From Gammaproteobacteria bacterium (lineage in GTDB: Bacteria; Pseudomonadota; Gammaproteobacteria; DSM-16500): 64,000 bases of DNA. The notes under the pieces were generated by a model. The model saw only the letters and a program-made list of their open reading frames with translations, ran no database searches and had not been told where the DNA came from. Every line of letters begins with the position of its first letter. Within the stretch, counting starts at the first letter, position 1. Positions 60,078 through 64,000 of this stretch are shown one piece after another. Location: positions 2,854-66,853 of the forward strand of contig JABDCN010000002.1 of the NCBI GenBank assembly GCA_013288125.1, given 5' to 3'. A program made the position numbers and the translations under genes.

Positions 60078-61519
60078 GGTGAAACTCTCCCGCTCGATGA
60101 TGATTCTCTCCCGCTCATTTGCTTAATTACATCACCCAATCTTTCTTTAATTTTTTTCTGGCCTAACAAAGTTGCAATTTGTGCTAACTCAGGACCATGT
60201 GTTTGTCCTGTCAAAGCAAGCCGCAATGGCATAAATAATTTTTTACCTGACAATCCTAATGTTTTTTTCATTTCAGCAAGCACAGCATTCACATCTAATC
60301 CATATTGATCAAAAGCTTGTTCTGCCTCTACAAAAAATTGTTCGCCTGCTTCTTGCAAATGAGAAATCGCTGCTTCATCAAAATGAATATGATGATGGAA
60401 AAATATTTTACCCCATAATAAAACATCATGCGGAAAAACCACATTCGCTTTAATACATTCTACAAATAAAGCTTGTTTCGCCGCAGGTATTTGTTCCTGA
60501 ATTTCATCTCCTATCCAGCGCCAAAATCCATTCATATCTAATGATTGCACAGCCAATTTTTGCCAATACAATAATTGATTTTTATCAAATCGCGCGGGTG
60601 AACGGCTTAATTTTTCCAAATCGAAATGTTTAGCCAATTCATGAAAAGGTAATAAGGCTTGCGTATCGCAACTGTGACCTAATCGACTTAAATAATTAAT
60701 TAATGAAATAGATAAATAACCTTCTTTACGTAATTCTTCAACACTAAAACTGCCATGACGCTTAGACAGCGGCGCGCCATCATCTCCAACAATTAAAGGT
60801 AAATGACCATAATACGGCACAGGTAAATTCAATGTTTTAAGTAACATGATTTGTCGTGGCGTATTTGCCAAATGATCTTCACCGCGCAAAACATGCGATA
60901 TCTTCATTTCTGCATCATCAATCGCATTACAAAATAAAAATGGCGGCGTGCCATCTGCACGCCGCACAATAAAATCACCGATATCATCTGATTGAAAAGC
61001 TTGCGGCCCTTTAATCGTATCAACAAATTCAATTTTAGTCTGCGATGGTACTTCAAAACGCCATGCGGGTTTTCGTCCAGATGCTAAACGCTTTTCAATT
61101 TCTTCTTGCGATAAACCACGACAAGTGCGTGCATAACGCGGTGCTTGACCACGTGACAATTGTAATTTACGAGATAAATTTAATTCTTGGTCTGTGCAAA
61201 AACAAGGATAAATTAATTTTTTTTCTTCGAGTATTTGATAGTATTTTTCATAAATGGATTGCCTTTGCGATTGCCAATAAGGACCATAATCACCGTGAAC
61301 AGCAGGACCTTCTTGCCACTCAATGCCCAACCATTTCAAATCAATCATCAAACTATCAACGTAACGTTCTTCTGAACGAACAGCATCAGTATCTTCAATA
61401 CGCAATACAAATACACCCTGATGTTTTGAAGCAAATAAAGCGCTATATAACGCAGCGCGTACATTACCTAAATGAATTTTGCCTGTTGGACTGGGTGAAA
61501 ATCTGGTGCGTGTTGTCAT
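60074..61519 (-). CDS. gltX: Glutamate--tRNA ligase
   Basis: RTRFSPSPTGKIHLGN, LRIEDTD, HVLRGEDH, PLSKR, MPLRLALTG. Confidence 0.93.
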   Translation of the reverse strand: MTTRTRFSPSPTGKIHLGNVRAALYSALFASKHQGVFVLRIEDTDAVRSEERYVDSLMIDLKWLGIEWQEGPAVHGDYGPYWQSQRQSIYEKYYQILEEKKLIYPCFCTDQELNLSRKLQLSRGQAPRYARTCRGLSQEEIEKRLASGRKPAWRFEVPSQTKIEFVDTIKGPQAFQSDDIGDFIVRRADGTPPFLFCNAIDDAEMKISHVLRGEDHLANTPRQIMLLKTLNLPVPYYGHLPLIVGDDGAPLSKRHGSFSVEELRKEGYLSISLINYLSRLGHSCDTQALLPFHELAKHFDLEKLSRSPARFDKNQLLYWQKLAVQSLDMNGFWRWIGDEIQEQIPAAKQALFVECIKANVVFPHDVLLWGKIFFHHHIHFDEAAISHLQEAGEQFFVEAEQAFDQYGLDVNAVLAEMKKTLGLSGKKLFMPLRLALTGQTHGPELAQIATLLGQKKIKERLGDVIKQMSGRESSSSGRVSP

Positions 61520-61520
61520 A

Positions 61521-62258
61521 TTATATTCTCGACATCATCATTAATTCTTTCATTTCACGTACTGCAGCGGACAAGCCTACAAAAATAGCGCGCGCCACAA
61601 TACCATGTCCAATATTTAATTCATTGATTTCTGGAATGGCCGCAATCGCTTGCACATTATGATAATTTAATCCATGACCGGCATTCACAATCAACCCTAA
61701 ATGTTTTGCCATGCGCGCTGCTTCAATAATACGTTTTAATTCGGTTGTTCTATCTTCTTCATTTTTTGCATCTGCATAGGCACCCGTATGTAATTCGATG
61801 ACAGCCGCTTCACAATCAACAGCTGCTTCAATTTGTTTTGGTTCTGGATCGATAAATAAAGAAACTTCTATTTTTTGTTTCGTTAAATGTAAAACAGCAT
61901 CATGTATTTTATTTTTTTGCGCATGCACATCTAAGCCGCCTTCTGTGGTTAACTCTTCGCGTTTTTCTGGAACAAAACAACAATGTTCTGGTTTGATTTT
62001 TTCTGCGTACTTAATCATGGCATCCGTTGCTGCCATTTCTAAATTTAATCGCGTTAACATAACAGCTTGAATTAAAGTGATATCGCGCTCTTGAATGTGA
62101 CGTCTATCTTCGCGCAAATGCACGGTAATACCATCAGCGCCTGCACTTTCAGCTGCATATGCGGCTTCAACCGGATCAGGATAGCGTGTTAAACGAGCTT
62201 GTCGTAACGTTGCAACATGATCAATATTAACCCCTAATAAAATAGGTTCTCGCTTCAT
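61521..62258 (-). CDS. pdxJ: Pyridoxine 5'-phosphate synthase
   Basis: [36 protein letters not shown]. Confidence 0.97.
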   Translation of the reverse strand: MKREPILLGVNIDHVATLRQARLTRYPDPVEAAYAAESAGADGITVHLREDRRHIQERDITLIQAVMLTRLNLEMAATDAMIKYAEKIKPEHCCFVPEKREELTTEGGLDVHAQKNKIHDAVLHLTKQKIEVSLFIDPEPKQIEAAVDCEAAVIELHTGAYADAKNEEDRTTELKRIIEAARMAKHLGLIVNAGHGLNYHNVQAIAAIPEINELNIGHGIVARAIFVGLSAAVREMKELMMMSRI

Positions 62259-62270
62259 TTTCTCGACCCC

Positions 62271-63134
62271 TTACTTTATAAATAAGCGCCGGCTATGCAC
62301 AGGTCGCGCACCTAGTAAAGGTGCTAGTATAAACCGTATTAGTCGTCGCGCATCAGCTAAACTCGCTTCATCCTGCCAATCTTCTTTGGCAAAAGCTAAT
62401 AAACTTCTTCCAGAAAATACGTTACCTGATTGATTTTCATGGTGTTCTAACTCGCTCGTGACAAATCCTTGCTCAGGCACAAAACGATAATAATTGTCTG
62501 GTATAAACATCGCATGCAATGAAACGTCTGATCTTGGAAAAATACCATAACCCAATTCGTCTAACAGGTATTTTTCAAATGAACGCAATATTTTTTGCAA
62601 GTGTTCAGGCTTCGTTCTTAACCGCCCGTCTGCGGGCATCTTTGAACGATCATTTGCAGGAAAAATGCTCACATACTTCTGTGTATGCTGCGCTTTTTCC
62701 TGCAAATGATCGTCCAAACCTGCCTCGCAGCCAGACGGCTGTGTCGTCATGAGTGGTGGTGCGGCGTGAAATGCCCTTAATGTTGCTTCATAACTGAGAT
62801 ACAAAGCAGTATGCGGATCCCATTTTTGCAGCAAACACATTAATAATTCATTCAAATAAAATCCTGCAAATAAACAATCTCCCTGCAAATAAGCGACGCT
62901 TCCTGCTGCTTCTGCATGAGACAGTGACATCAGCTCGCCCTTACCTGCAAACGAAATCAGCAAGGGATTAAACGGTTGCAACAAACCTTGCAAAGCTGAA
63001 CGTTTATCACGAACGCCTTTTGCAATTACCGTTAAACAACCATACTCACGTGTAAATAAATCTACTAAAAAACTATTTTCACGATACGCACGGCGATGTA
63101 AAACATAAGCCGGTTGGAGTAAAATCCGTTTCAT
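62271..63134 (-). CDS. recO: DNA repair protein RecO with an internal palindromic insertion
   Basis: PAYVLHRRAYRENS, LQPF, GFYLNELL, LRSFEKYLLDELGYG, SRRLF; lies between era and pdxJ. Confidence 0.93.
   Translation of the reverse strand: MKRILLQPAYVLHRRAYRENSFLVDLFTREYGCLTVIAKGVRDKRSALQGLLQPFNPLLISFAGKGELMSLSHAEAAGSVAYLQGDCLFAGFYLNELLMCLLQKWDPHTALYLSYEATLRAFHAAPPLMTTQPSGCEAGLDDHLQEKAQHTQKYVSIFPANDRSKMPADGRLRTKPEHLQKILRSFEKYLLDELGYGIFPRSDVSLHAMFIPDNYYRFVPEQGFVTSELEHHENQSGNVFSGRSLLAFAKEDWQDEASLADARRLIRFILAPLLGARPVHSRRLFIK
62612..62750. repeat. RPE1-like palindromic element in frame within recO
   Basis: Arms TTTGAACGATCATTTGCAGGAAAAA (62641-62665) and TTTTTCCTGCAAATGATCGTCCAAA (62694-62718), with further inner and outer pairing. 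Confidence 0.8.
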
Positions 63135-64000
63135 AAATAACCCAATCCTCGCATCGCTTTCTCATCATCCGTCCAATCTTTTTTGACTTTCACCCACAAT
63201 CGTAAAAATACTTTATTGCCCCATTTTCTTTCGAATTCACGCCGCGCATCCGTTCCTACTTTTTTTAAACGCGCTCCTTTTTTACCAATCACAATAATTT
63301 TTTGTCCTTGACGTTCGACCCAAATAATCGCACCAATTGTAATTAATTTTTCAGTTTGCTCAAATTCTTCGATTTCAACTGTTGTTGTATAAGGTAATTC
63401 TTCTTCCGTTACCATAATTAATTTTTCACGAATAATTTCAGCCGCTTGAAAACGAATCGATTTATCCGTTAATTGATCATCAGGAAATAATTGCGGGCCT
63501 GCCGGTAATAATCTTGCAATTTCATTTTCTAGTGTTTCTGTATTTTGTGCAGTAAGCGCAGAAATAGGAATGATATGAGTAAATTGAAATTTATTTTTTA
63601 ATTGATCGATCAAAGGTAATAACAAAGCTTTATCAGATAATAAATCCACTTTATTAATAGCCAAAATGACAGGCTTGTCTGTTTTTTTTAATTTAGTTAG
63701 CACTAATTCATCTTCACGATGCCATTTTGTTGCATCCATCATGAAAACGATGACGTCTGCTTCTTGCATCACGGCATCCGCCGTGCGATTAAGATAACGA
63801 TTCATTGCGCGCTTTGCCTCTTCGTGAATACCCGGTGTATCCACATAAATAATTTGTGCATGAGGCAATGTTTTAATACCTAAGATTTGCCAACGTGTTG
63901 TTTGTGGCTTAGGTGAAGTGATACTAATTTTTTCACCCAACAAAGCATTCAATAATGTTGACTTGCCCACATTAGGTCGGCCAATGATTGCAACAAAACC
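63131..64000 (-). CDS. era: GTPase Era (true start lies beyond the window end)
   Basis: GFVAIIGRPNVGKSTLLN, KPQTTR, DTPGIH, NKVD, KH domain with VIGKKG. Confidence 0.96.
   Translation of the reverse strand, partial: GFVAIIGRPNVGKSTLLNALLGEKISITSPKPQTTRWQILGIKTLPHAQIIYVDTPGIHEEAKRAMNRYLNRTADAVMQEADVIVFMMDATKWHREDELVLTKLKKTDKPVILAINKVDLLSDKALLLPLIDQLKNKFQFTHIIPISALTAQNTETLENEIARLLPAGPQLFPDDQLTDKSIRFQAAEIIREKLIMVTEEELPYTTTVEIEEFEQTEKLITIGAIIWVERQGQKIIVIGKKGARLKKVGTDARREFERKWGNKVFLRLWVKVKKDWTDDEKAMRGLGYL

Overview
AT-rich gammaproteobacterial chromosome segment. The era-recO-pdxJ-gltX-cysS order, tRNA-Ala(CGC) and many eukaryote-like effector candidates suggest Legionellales/Coxiellaceae (inference). 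Contents in order: the 3' 11 kb of a giant PATR-repeat beta-helical adhesin; a DUF2779-like nuclease; an mdtABC plus outer-membrane-factor efflux operon; two secreted LRR paralogs; a 4.9 kb integrase island in tRNA-Ala with complementary Rpn gene pieces inside and just outside it; housekeeping genes; three large paralogous coiled-coil proteins sharing a putative nucleotidyltransferase domain; and a YopT-like protease with a premature stop. Intergenic DNA is rich in palindromic repeats. Two are inserted in-frame in genes (recO, the efflux outer-membrane factor). A ~400-450 bp composite structured element occurs twice (plus one solo arm), shows compensatory base changes, and has tandem arrays (41, 31, 18 and 8 bp units) at its termini. 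No CRISPR array was found.
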